Shown: positions 40,983 to 51,761 of the stretch, piece after piece | Position numbering within the stretch: the first letter of the stretch is position 1 | Layout: the number at the start of each line of letters is the position of its first letter | NCBI GenBank assembly: GCA_963735595.1 | Contig: CAVTLK010000002.1 | Coordinates: forward strand, 256,001-320,000 | Source of the DNA: an uncultured delta proteobacterium | GTDB taxonomy: Bacteria > Desulfobacterota > Zymogenia > Zymogenales > Zymogenaceae | Length of the DNA stretch: 64,000 nucleotides | Reading direction: 5' to 3' | The notes under the pieces: model-generated | What the model was told of the DNA's origin: nothing | Database searches by the model: none | What the model saw: the letters and a program-made list of their open reading frames with translations, nothing else | Position numbers and translations under genes: made by a program

Positions 40983-42710
40983 AGGCCATGGAAGGCATCG
41001 GCTGTTTTACCTTTGTGCTCCACTCCCACCTGCCGTACGTTCTTTCCCACGGGCGGTGGCCGCACGGCACCGACTGGCTCAATGAGGCCTCCGCGGAGAC
41101 CTACGTCCCCCTTATCTCCGTCATCAAACGCCTTGCGGCCGACGGCATTGCCTCGAAGATAACGCTCGGCGTCACGCCGATACTTGCCGAGCAGTTGTCG
41201 TCCCCGTTGTTCGCGGACGGGTTTATCTCCTACCTTAAGCAGAAGATCGAAGCATCGCGTGACGATATCAGGGAGTTTGAGCGGCACGGCCAGAGGGAGC
41301 TTGCGGGGCTTGCCGCCATGTGGGAATCATTCTACGTCGATATCTACGAGGGCTTCGTATCGGGCTGCCGCGGCGACATTATCGGCGAACTGAGACGGCT
41401 CCGGGAACAGGGGGCCGTAGAAATCATCACGTCGGCCGCGACCCACGGATACCTCCCGCTCCTCGGATACGACCAGGCCGTCCGGGCGCAGATCGAAACC
41501 GGCGCCCGAACCCACGTGCGGCATTTCGGGACGAGGCCCGCCGGCATCTGGCTTCCCGAGTGCGCCTACCGTCCCGGATACCTCTGGGAATTCCCCGTCG
41601 AGGGCGCGGGGGAGGGGTACCGGCGCCGGGGCATCGAGGAGTTTCTCTCGGACGCCTCGATTTCCTACTTTGTCGTGGACTCCCACCTCCTCGAGGGGGG
41701 CAAGGCCGTCGGCGCCTACCTCGACCGTTTCGAGGGCCTCAAGGAGATTTGGGACCGCTTTATATCCGAGTATCGGGAAACCGTCGTCGACGAGCCGCGG
41801 TCGCCCTACGAATCGTACGCGGTCTCGTCGGAGGGTGGGCCGAAGACCGCCTCGATCTTCACGCGCGATCCCAAGAGCGCGCTGGTGGTCTGGAGCGGGG
41901 AACACGGATATCCCGGCGACAGCAACTACCTTGACTTCCACAAGAAGCATTTTCCCGGCGGCAACCGCTACTGGAAGGTCACCGGGCCGAAGGTCGATCT
42001 CGGAGAGAAACAGATCTATGATCCCGGCATCATTCCGGAACGTATCAGGGAGAACGCCGCGCATTTTGCCGGGCTGGTGCGGCGAACACTGGCCGATTTC
42101 TCTGGCACCCATCACCGTCCCGGGATCGTGACGGCGCCCTACGACACGGAGCTCTTCGGCCACTGGTGGTTCGAGGGGCCCCGATTCATCTATCAGGTCA
42201 TCAGGGAATTCAGCCGACGAACCCGGGGGTGCGCCTGACCACGCTGACCGAACACCACGAGGCCTACCCGCCCCGGAGGGTCGTCACTATTCCCGAAGGC
42301 TCCTGGGGAGAGGGGGGGTTCCACTGGATCTGGTTCAACGACTGGACAAAGTGGACCTGGCGGCATATCTACGAGGCCGAGAAGACAATGGTAGACCTCG
42401 TGGACGCCTCCGCGCAAGAAGCGACGACCCGGGCCTCGAACGGGTGCTGGCCCAGACGGCGCGGGAGCTGCTGCTGTTGGAGAGCTCCGATTGGCAGTTC
42501 CTGATTTCCACCTGGAGCGCACGGGACTACGCGGAGATGCGCTTCTCCGAACACTTCAACGATTTCACGAGACTCGCCGGCATCGCGCGGCGCATCATCG
42601 ACAATACCGAGCCGAGCACGGGGGATTGGGAGTTTGTCGGGGACATGGAGATGAAAGACGGGCCGTTTGCCGACCTGGATATCGGCCTGTGGAGATCGGA
42701 CGCCCCGTGA
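40979..42710 (+). pseudogene. GH57 1,4-alpha-glucan branching enzyme (DUF1957), frameshifted as assembled
   Basis: HSHLPYV, WLNEASAETY, ATHGYLPL, WLPECAY, PYDTELFGHWWFEGP, PEGSWG, RELLLLESSDW. Confidence 0.88.
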
Positions 42711-42724
42711 CAGGAGGAACTATC

Positions 42725-43738
42725 ATGCCGGAACTGAGGAAAGACCCGGTCATCGATCGATGGGTGATCATTTCGACGGAACGCGGCAAACGGCCGATGA
42801 CATTCGAGGAAAAGGAGGAAGAACGGAAAGGGGGGTTCTGCCCGTTTGACTGCCGGCAATGAAGACAAGACCCCCCGGGAGATCACGGCGATCCGCGAGC
42901 CCGGCACCGCCCCCAATTCTCCGGGATGGCAGTTGAGGGTCGTCCCCAATAAATTCCCCGCGTTGATGGTGGAGGGAGAACTGGACCGCCGCGGCGATGG
43001 GATGTACGACAAGATGAACGGCATCGGCGCCCATGAGGTAATTATCGAAACGCCGGACCATGCCATCGACCCTGGCCGATCTTCCGCTGTCGCGAATTAC
43101 CGACGTCATGATTGCCTACCGGGACCGAATGGCCGACCTCAGGAAAGATCGGGCGATTCCGGTTCGTGATGGTCTTCAAGAACCACGGGAGCATCGCCGG
43201 CGCTTCACTGGAGCACACCCACAGCCAGCTCATCGCGCTGCCGGAGGTTCCGATTGCCGTCCTCGAGGAGATCGAGGGAGCCCAGCGTTTCTACGCCTAC
43301 AAGGAGCGCTGTATATTCTGCGATATCATCTCGGAAGAGCTTTCCACGGCGGACCCGGCTTGTCTGCGAGAATCCGAAGTTCGTGGCGATAGCCCCGTAC
43401 GCCCCCCGGTTTCCCTTCGAGACGTGGATCTTTCCCAAGGCACACCTGTCCCGCTACGAGGAGGGACCGCGGGAGGTATACGAATCGCTGGCGCATATAC
43501 TCAGCGAGCTGCTGCTCCGGCTCAATAAGGCGCTGCGCAATCCCCCTATAACTATATTCTTCATACTTCTCCCTTTAACGATCCCCATTCGGGAGATACC
43601 AGCCACCTCTATCACTGGCACATCGAGGTGATGCCGAGGCTCACAAAGGTCGCCGGGTTCGAATGGGGCTCCGGTTTCTATATCAACCCGACCCCGCCGG
43701 AAGAAGCGGCCCAGTTCCTGCGGGAGGTGGAGTTATGA
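42725..43738 (+). pseudogene. galT: GalT-family (HIT-like) sugar-phosphate nucleotidyltransferase, frameshifted as assembled
   Basis: [77 protein letters not shown]. Confidence 0.88.
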
Positions 43739-45197
43739 GGATCGCGATCGTCTCGCCGGAGGCCGTGCCGTTTGCCAAGACGGGAGGGCTGGCGGACGTG
43801 GCCGGCGCGCTCCCAAAGGAGCTTGCCCGGGCCGGGCACGAGGTCAAGCTGATCGTGCCCAAGTACAAGGTCGTCGATGCGGCGAAGTTCGGCCTTGTGA
43901 GGACCGGGGGCAGCGTCTCGGTACCGATCGGCGACAGGATCGTCTGGGGCGAGATCTTCACGTCTTCCCAGGACGATTTTACTGCCGTCTTTATTCAAAA
44001 CGACGAATACTTCCTGCGGGATGATCTCTACGGCAACAAGAGCGGCGATTTTCCCGATAATGCCTCCCGCTTCGTCTTTTTTTCCAGGGCCACGTTGGAC
44101 TGCCTCAGGGAGCTCGAGTTCGAGCCCGACGTCATTCACGTTAACGACTGGCAGTCGGCCCTGATCCCGCTCTATCTCCGAGTCGGTCTACAAACACGAT
44201 CCATACTTCAAAAAAACGGCGACGCTGTTGACCATCCATAATCTCGGCTATCAGGGTCTCTTCTGGCACCTGGATATGCCGCTTCTTGGGAGTCGGGTGG
44301 GACTATTTTACCCCGGAAGGGATCGAATTCTGGGGAAAGATCAACTTTCTCAAGGCCGGAATCGTCTACGCGGACCTCATCAATACCGTCAGCGCAAAAT
44401 ACGCCCAGGAGATTACCACCCCCGAGTTCGGGTTCGGACTGGATGGAGTGCTCAGGACGCGCAGGGACAATCTGTTCGGCATCGTCAACGGGATCGACAC
44501 CGACATCTGGAATCCCGGAAACGGACACCTTCATCACGAAACAGTACGGGCCCGAGACGCTCGGCGGATAAGGTCGAGAATAAGAAGGACGTTGCTCGAC
44601 GCATTCTACCTGCCCCAAAAGGAGGAAACGCCGTTGATCGGGATCATTTCCCGTCTTGCCGATCAGAAGGGGTTTCGACATCCTGGCAGAGGCAATGGAA
44701 GAGATCATGGCAATGGATCTGATGATAGTCGTGCTTGGGACCGGTGAGGCGCGCTACCACGAGCTGCTGACCCGGCTGGGGAAACGCTACCCGACCAAGC
44801 TTGGGGTCAAGCTTGCCTTTGACCCCGGCTTTCGCACCTGATCGAGGCGGGGGCCGATATGTTTCTCATGCCTTCCCGCTATGAGCCGTGCGGGCTCAAC
44901 CAGATGATGAGTATGCGCTACGGGACGGTGCCGGTGGTAAGGGATACGGGGGGGCTCTCGGATACGGTGAGCGGACTACCGGGAAAAGACGAAGGCCGGA
45001 ACCGGCGTTACGTTTGCCGATTACGATGCCCAGTCGCTGATTGCCGCGGTCAAGAGGGCGGTCTTTCTCTACGGTAAGAAGGCCCATTGGCGAGACGATG
45101 ATGAAAAACGACATGGCCGTGGACTTTCTCGTGGCGGGCGTCGGCGGAGAAATACGAGCGGCTCTACGGTGAGGCGATAAAAGAGAAGATCGAATGA
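43735..45197 (+). pseudogene. glgA: Glycogen synthase GlgA, frameshifted as assembled
   Basis: [67 protein letters not shown]. Confidence 0.92.
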
Positions 45198-47896
45198 CGG
45201 GTACCGTCGGAGGTGTTGGGACCGTCGCCGCCGTTTATTCAAAGCAGATGACAAAGCGATCAAAAAGAGAGACCACCGTCGGCGTCACCGCATCGCCTCA
45301 GCCGATCCTGGTTACCGATGCCGACGGGTTCGTCCTGTTCCTCAACGAGGCGGCGGAACGGCTGACCGGCTATCGGGCCGGGCAGGCTCTTGGCCTGCCG
45401 CTGGCCCGTTTCTTCGCCGAAGACCGGGTATCGGAAGTCCGGTGAGATTCTCACCGCGCTCGCCCAATCGACATCCGTTTTCTTGCCGGAGATCGAGCTT
45501 ATCAGAAAGGACGGGAACAGCCGTCTCGACGGGGCTTGCCGGCTACACGCTCGGCGGCCACGGACATTTCCCCTCCGTACGTCTCTTTATCATGAAAGAC
45601 CCGTTAAGCCTCCTCGGTGGGTCCGAGGAGGTTCGCTTTCTCGAAAAGGCCGTCGAGAGCATTCGAGAGGGAGTTGTCATTACGGATATATCCGGGACGA
45701 TCGTGTATGTCAACGAGGCGATTCGCTCGTTGTTCGGCTACGACGATCTCGACATGATCGGTCGAAATATCACGGCGCTTTTTGTCTCTCACGATCACGA
45801 TAGCCTCTCCCACGAGATCCTGGAAAATACCATCAATGGGAGCTGGGAGCGTGAGATGAGCGCCGTCGGAAACCAGGGGGCGCAATTCGTTGTCCGGCTC
45901 AAGACATCCCTCCTCTTTCCGGAAAATCGCCAACCGGCGCATATTGTCGGGATTATCCAGGACATCACCAAAGAGGTGGAGATGCGCGAGAAGCTCATTT
46001 CCACTAACCGCGAGCTCTCGGCGCTCTATGCCGTCTCGACTGCGCTGGCCGAAACCATCGAGCTGGACGAGCTGCTGTTCACTCAGCCTGGTTAAGGTCC
46101 TCGAAGTCATGGGTATGGACCTGGGTGATTATCAGGATCCTGAACGAGGAAGACAACCGAGCTGGTCCTGAAGACCCACGTTCGGGTCTCCCAGGGTTAT
46201 CTCGACAAATACCGCCGGATGCCGGTGGAAGCCAGCATATCCGGCAAGGTCGTCAAGACCGGTGTGCCCCAATCTTTCCAGCCGGGACATCCCGATCCCC
46301 CCGAGAAACAGGCGGCCCTTATGACGGAGGGGCTCTACCAGGTGATCGTAGTTCCTGTCCGGTCAAAGGATAAGACGCTGGGCACGCTGTCGGCGGGCGT
46401 TTACGAGCGCCGGGCGTCGATAACCCAGGACATGAAGCTCCTGGTCTCCATCGGTAATCTTATCGGCGTAGCGGTGGAAAACGCCCTGGTCTATGAGCGG
46501 GCGGATCGACTTGCCAGGCGAGAAGGACTTCAAGGTGGGGGAGCTGTCGCTGCTCATGGATCTGTCGGGAGCGCTGCTGACGACCATCGAGCTCAATAAG
46601 CTCCTTTATATCGTGCTGACGGCCGCGACCTTCGGGGAGACTTTCGGGTTTAACCGCGCCGCTATCTTCCTCGTGGATGAAGACGAAAAGACCATCGCGG
46701 GGACGATGGCCGTGGGGCCGATCAGCGCGGAGGAGGCCGGCAGGATATGGGGAGAGCTCGAGCGCCAGAAGCCTTCCATTTTCGAAATCGTCCAGGAAGG
46801 ACTTCGAAAATCACGGCTCCCCCGGTACCATACAGAACCGGACGGTACGGAGAATCTCGATTGACCTGGATCGCACAGACGATGTCGTCGTGCGCTCTAT
46901 CCTCGACAAGCGGCCGATTATCGTCACGGACGCCAGGACAAACCCGCATGTGGATGACGTCATGAAGCGGGTCCTTATGGGAGGAGACGAATTTGCCTGT
47001 ATCCCGATCGTCGCGCTGGATCGGCCCCTCGGCGCGATACTTGTCGATAACGTCTTTAACAGAAAACCGATTCGAGAAGAAGATATCGCGCTCTTGACGG
47101 CGTTTGCCAATCAGGCGGGGCTGGCTATCCAGAACTCGATCGTCTATTCCAACAAAGAGCGGATCAACCGGGAGCTTCGGGAGGCCCAGGCAAAGCTGCT
47201 GCAGCAGGCCAAGCTTGTCGGGCTGGGCGAGATGGCCGCCGAGATGGCCCACGAGATAAGGAATCCGCTTGTGTCTATCGGCGGCTTTGCGCGAAAGATC
47301 TCCGAGGCGGCCCGGGACGACCCCAAGCTCTCGCGGTACAGCCGGATCGTCGTCAAGGAGGTCATGAAGCTTGAGCATACCCTTCAGAATATCCTCTCGT
47401 TTCCGCGGGATATTCCGCCGGCTCGATCAGAACGATCGAGTTTAACGAGGTAATCCGGGATACGCTGGGGCTGGTGGTCGACGATCTTGCGGCAAAGAAG
47501 ATACGGCTCAAAACCGAGTTTCTCCAGGACATCCCGTCCATCGAGGCAGATTCGGATCAGCTGCGGCAGGTATTCCTCAACCTCTTCTATAACGCCGTGC
47601 AGGCGATGGAGGGAGGGGGTGAGATGACGGTTGTCACAACGGTCGAGCAGATCGGCGCCGTCCCCTACGTCAGGGCGGAGGTGCGGGATACGGGGCCCGG
47701 CGTCACCTCCGACGTTATCGGCAGTATCTTTAAGCCGTTCTTCACAACCAAGAAATCGGGAACAGGGCTGGGGCTCGCCATCACTCATAAGATTATCATC
47801 AATCACGGCGGTAATATTGATATCATCAATCGCCCCGAGGGGGGGGCATCCTTTATCGTGGAACTCCCGGTAACACAACCCAAACGCACCGAATGA
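45194..47896 (+). pseudogene. PAS-PAS-GAF-GAF sensor histidine kinase, frameshifted as assembled
   Basis: PAS (NEAAERLTGY; YVNEA..LFGY), GAF segments, H-box MAHEIRNPL, QVFLNLFYNA, DTGPG, FKPFFTTK, GTGLGL; ATGA overlap with glgA. Confidence 0.85.
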
Positions 47897-47920
47897 CACG
47901 GTTTGTCGAAGGCGAGGATT

Positions 47921-48807
47921 ATGACGGACGAAAAACACTATACGGACAAAGAGATCACCGATTCCAATATCGTCTTCCACGACGAGTTCGACGCCAAGGT
48001 CTATGACTGGAAATGGGGAAAGCAATACTCCACCGCCGAGATGAACAAGATCGTCTCGGAATATGCCCATTACCTCGGCGGCCCGGTGGGCGCAATCGGG
48101 CGTTACCTGGACGTCGGATGCGGGACGGGCAGCGCCGTCGTCAACCTTTCCCTCTACCCGGACATGGGGGACGCCTCACGGCTCTGATATCTCCATCGGG
48201 ATGCTCCGGGTGTGCCGGGAAAACGCCCACGCGGTGGGGAGGGAGGTGACACTCTCGGTCTCGGACGCACAGAAGCTTCCGTATCAGGACAACAGTTTTG
48301 ATTTCATCACCTGCCACGCGGTTTTGCACCACGTCGCTCATCCGGAGGCGGTCCTCGGGGAGATTCATCGGCTGCTGCGCCCCGGGGGCAGGGCGCTGGT
48401 CTTTGAGCCCACCCGGTACGGGACGGCCCTCTGTTTCGGCCTGATGCGGTGGACCTGGGGGGTCGTCTGGGGAATCAGGGAGCGCATCAGCGGGAAAAAG
48501 CCGATCTGGGTCGTGGAGGAGGAGTTCGTGGACGGCCTCTCGGCCCCGCCGGACCTCACCACGTTTTACCCGAAAGAGCTCCGCGGGATGATCGGCAAGA
48601 TCCCGTTTGGGAAGGGAACCGTCACGACGTACGGATTTCTTGGCAATTTCGCCCGGTGGTTCTGCCATCCCCTGAGAAATATCCCCCTCTTCGGCCGTCT
48701 CACCGGCCGCGCTGGCCGATCTATTGACCCGGCTTGATGAAGGGCCGATGAGATGGATCGTTCCCGAAACCCTCTACTTTCAGGCGGTGATCACGCTCAG
48801 GAAATAA
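47921..48807 (+). pseudogene. Class I SAM-dependent methyltransferase, frameshifted as assembled
   Basis: LDVGCGTG, DISIGML, DAQKLPYQDNSFD, AVLHHV, LLRPGGR. Confidence 0.8.
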
Positions 48808-48874
48808 GCGCGACGCGCCCGACGGAAAGGCCGGACGCCGTGTGCGCCCGCGGCCTTTCCCACGACAAACGCCT

Positions 48875-50020
48875 ATGGACTATCCTTTCGAGATACGCGA
48901 GATCCTTTCGGCCTACTTCACATGCCTCCCGGCAGAGGCGAGGCGGAAGTTTTCCCGTGACGGGGAGACGGACCCCAAAGCGCTGACACTCTTCTGGGAG
49001 CGGATACTCACCGGCCGGACGAGGGGCGACATCGAGCAATCGTTTGCCTACTATGAGGCCCTGATGGAAACGGGGCGCGACCGACGGTTCGTCCTTTCCT
49101 ACAACGAGCCGGCCGCCCTCATCTGGCCCTTTGTGATCGACCGGATCGTCTCGCTTTTTTCAGGCGAGACGCGCGCGGCGTTTCTCGCGGAGGCAGGCGT
49201 CCCCGACGGGGGGTCGCCGGCCACGGCCATGACGGCCTCTGTCCGCGCGAGAAACGCCTTCCGCCGGGCATTTCTGTCGGACATTAGCGGCCCGGTCCTG
49301 TCGTTTCTCTACTCCATGGTCTACCTCATGGGATTTTCCTCCGGGGGGGAGGCGTCGTTTCTCGACCGGGTCTTCGGGAGGGCCGGCCGGTGGGAGGGAC
49401 ATCTCCTGGACGCGGGGGGGGGGTCGGGTTTCGCGGGACTCGTGCTGTCGACAAGGGGGCCGGTGACCTACATCGATTTTTCTCCGTTTCGCGCCGCGCG
49501 CGCCGCGGCGATGTCCGAGGCGTGCCGCCGTGATCCCGGTTTCTTTTCGCGGGTGCTTGACCTCATCGATCGGGAATCGAGCGTCTTCGGGCTCTCGCTT
49601 GATCGTTCCCTGATCCCCCCGGTTACGGGCTCGGTGCCCCTGTGCGTATCGGGCGACCTCGTTGGTCTGCCGGCCGATATCGGCCCGTTTGACGGGGCCA
49701 TACTGACCGACGTGCTGGAGCATACGACGCGGCCGGAGACGGTGCTTGCGGCCGTCTCTCGAACGCTTAGACCCCGCGCCCCGCTCCTCATTACCGTCCC
49801 GACGGACGCCAACGGGATTACCGGGCGAATCCGGGAAGAGGAAGAGGGCTACGCGTTTCCGTTCCTGCTGCACATCTCTTTTTTTTCCGACGAGCGTATC
49901 CGGCAGATGGCCGCGGCGGCGGGACTTTCCGTCGAGGAGCTTTCATACTTTTCCTACGAGAAAACGACGTGCCTGGGCCCGGCGCCCATGGAGGTGCTGG
50001 CGGTACTGAGAAAGGAATAG
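48875..50020 (+). CDS. Class I SAM-dependent methyltransferase-domain protein
   Basis: LLDAGGGSG, YIDFS, FDGAILTDVLEH, LRP..PLLITVP, LHISFF. Confidence 0.75.
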   Translation: MDYPFEIREILSAYFTCLPAEARRKFSRDGETDPKALTLFWERILTGRTRGDIEQSFAYYEALMETGRDRRFVLSYNEPAALIWPFVIDRIVSLFSGETRAAFLAEAGVPDGGSPATAMTASVRARNAFRRAFLSDISGPVLSFLYSMVYLMGFSSGGEASFLDRVFGRAGRWEGHLLDAGGGSGFAGLVLSTRGPVTYIDFSPFRAARAAAMSEACRRDPGFFSRVLDLIDRESSVFGLSLDRSLIPPVTGSVPLCVSGDLVGLPADIGPFDGAILTDVLEHTTRPETVLAAVSRTLRPRAPLLITVPTDANGITGRIREEEEGYAFPFLLHISFFSDERIRQMAAAAGLSVEELSYFSYEKTTCLGPAPMEVLAVLRKE

Positions 50021-50232
50021 GAGAGCTAAATAAATAGGCGCCTCATCCGGGGTCGCCGGAGTGAGTGCCGAAAAGAACCGTACCGAGTGAAATGCCAAGT
50101 CCCGGAGGGTGCCGGGATCGAATAAGGGATTAGACCACGCGGCCCGCCGGGCCGCAATCGCGCCGCCGTTTACCAATTCCAATCCGTTCCATCTTTTACG
50201 GTCAGATATTTCATCCCACTGAGTCTTTTTTC

Positions 50233-50279
50233 TTGACACGGTTTGGCCGATATTTTATTATATCAATCGAATGATATAA
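50233..50279 (+). promoter_or_regulatory. sigma70 promoter with a dyad operator overlapping -10/+1
   Basis: TTGACA-17-TATTAT (50233-50261); TTATATCA-N6-TGATATAA (50258-50279). Confidence 0.7.
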
Positions 50280-50463
50280 AAACGGTGTGACCCGATGACC
50301 TTTTCGCCCCCGGTTGACGGCGACTGGCGACAGACGGTATGTGCGTGGCTGGCCAGGGCTCATAGGCATTAGCGGGAGACAGGGAACCGGGAAACCGTAA
50401 CGGCGAAGGCGCGACACGGCGTCACTGCGGGCGCGTTTCTACCGACACATAGAGGAACCAATC

Positions 50464-51759
50464 ATGGCCATAGAACGACTGCGGACATTCGAAGACGAGA
50501 TGAAGACGTGCTTCCGGTGTTCGCTGTGCAAGATGGTGCCGCTTCCGGTGATAACCGATTCGCGGTACGCGGAAGGGTGCCCGGCAAACCGCGAGTATCA
50601 CGTGCACGGGTACTCGGGATCGGGGAAGAGCATCATGGCGCTGAGCCTGCTGGAGGGCCGTATCACGGCCGACGAAGCCCTGGCCGAGGTCACGTTTGCC
50701 TGCACGACATGCGGGTTATGCGACGTCGCGTGCAAATTCATCATGGATTCCGAACGGCAGGTCGTGAACATTGCCCTCAGGGAGCACCTCGTTGACGAGG
50801 GCCTCGAGAGGCCCGCGCACCGCAAGGTCCTCGCAAGGCGGCAGCGTGAGGACCGGACGAACGGGACAGTTTCGCTCTACCGGGTGCGGACGGACGGATC
50901 GGGCCTGACGGTGTTGCCGGGAAAGAAGGCCGATGTCCTGCTCATCCCCGGGTCGGAAGAGGGGCGTGCCGCCGGGGTGATGGATGCCACTACAAAGCTC
51001 GCCCGCCTCTTGTCACATGCCGGGGTGGACGTAGGTGTCCTGGGGGACGGCCCCGTAGATACGGGGGTCTATGCATACTGGACCGGCCACCGGGACTTGT
51101 TTGTGGCAGGCGCGCGGCGGCTGGCGGAGACCATAGACGGCCTCGAGGTGCAGGCCGTTGTCGCGGTGTCCGGCGCTGACCTGGGGATGCTGCGCTCTAA
51201 ATATCCCGAGTACGGCGTCCGGTTGAAACCGGAGGTGTTGCATGCGACCGAATACCTCGAGCGGCTCATCACCAAGCGGAGGCTGAAGCTGCCCCGGGCC
51301 GTCCGGCATCTCGTTACCTACCATGATCCGTGTTACCTCGGCCGCCAGAGCGAGCCGCCCAACGAATGGCAGGGACAGCTCAAGATGACGCACGGGGTGA
51401 TGACCTACTACCAACCGCCCAAGCCGCTCAACCGGGGGGTAAACGGCGTCTTTGACGCGCCCAGGCGCGTCCTTGAATCCATCAAAGGGATCGATCTCGT
51501 GGAAATGCACCGAATCCGCGAATATGCCTTCTGCTGCGGAGGGGGTGGCGGCGTTCCGGAGGCGTACCCGAGGTTGGCCGCAAACGCGGCGCTGCACCGT
51601 ATTGACGAGGCCCGGTCGACGGGCGCCGAATACCTGGTTACGGCCTGCCAATCCTGCAGACGAAATCTTTCAGAGGCGCAATCCGAGTTATCCGGTACCT
51701 CCTTACCGGTTTTGGACGTCATCGACCTGGTCTACGAGGCCGCCGATATCGAGAGGTGA
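50464..51759 (+). CDS. (Fe-S)-binding CCG-domain oxidoreductase subunit (GlcF/GlpC/HdrD-like)
   Basis: CFRCSLC, CTTCGLCDVAC, TYHDPCYLGR, CCGGGGG, TACQSC. Confidence 0.9.
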   Translation: MAIERLRTFEDEMKTCFRCSLCKMVPLPVITDSRYAEGCPANREYHVHGYSGSGKSIMALSLLEGRITADEALAEVTFACTTCGLCDVACKFIMDSERQVVNIALREHLVDEGLERPAHRKVLARRQREDRTNGTVSLYRVRTDGSGLTVLPGKKADVLLIPGSEEGRAAGVMDATTKLARLLSHAGVDVGVLGDGPVDTGVYAYWTGHRDLFVAGARRLAETIDGLEVQAVVAVSGADLGMLRSKYPEYGVRLKPEVLHATEYLERLITKRRLKLPRAVRHLVTYHDPCYLGRQSEPPNEWQGQLKMTHGVMTYYQPPKPLNRGVNGVFDAPRRVLESIKGIDLVEMHRIREYAFCCGGGGGVPEAYPRLAANAALHRIDEARSTGAEYLVTACQSCRRNLSEAQSELSGTSLPVLDVIDLVYEAADIER

Positions 51760-51761
51760 TC

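Noticed and set aside
39140..48800. Programmed frameshifting or phase variation in the glycogen operon
   Set aside because: Too many indels per gene, in both directions, without consistent slippery motifs; sequencing error is more parsimonious
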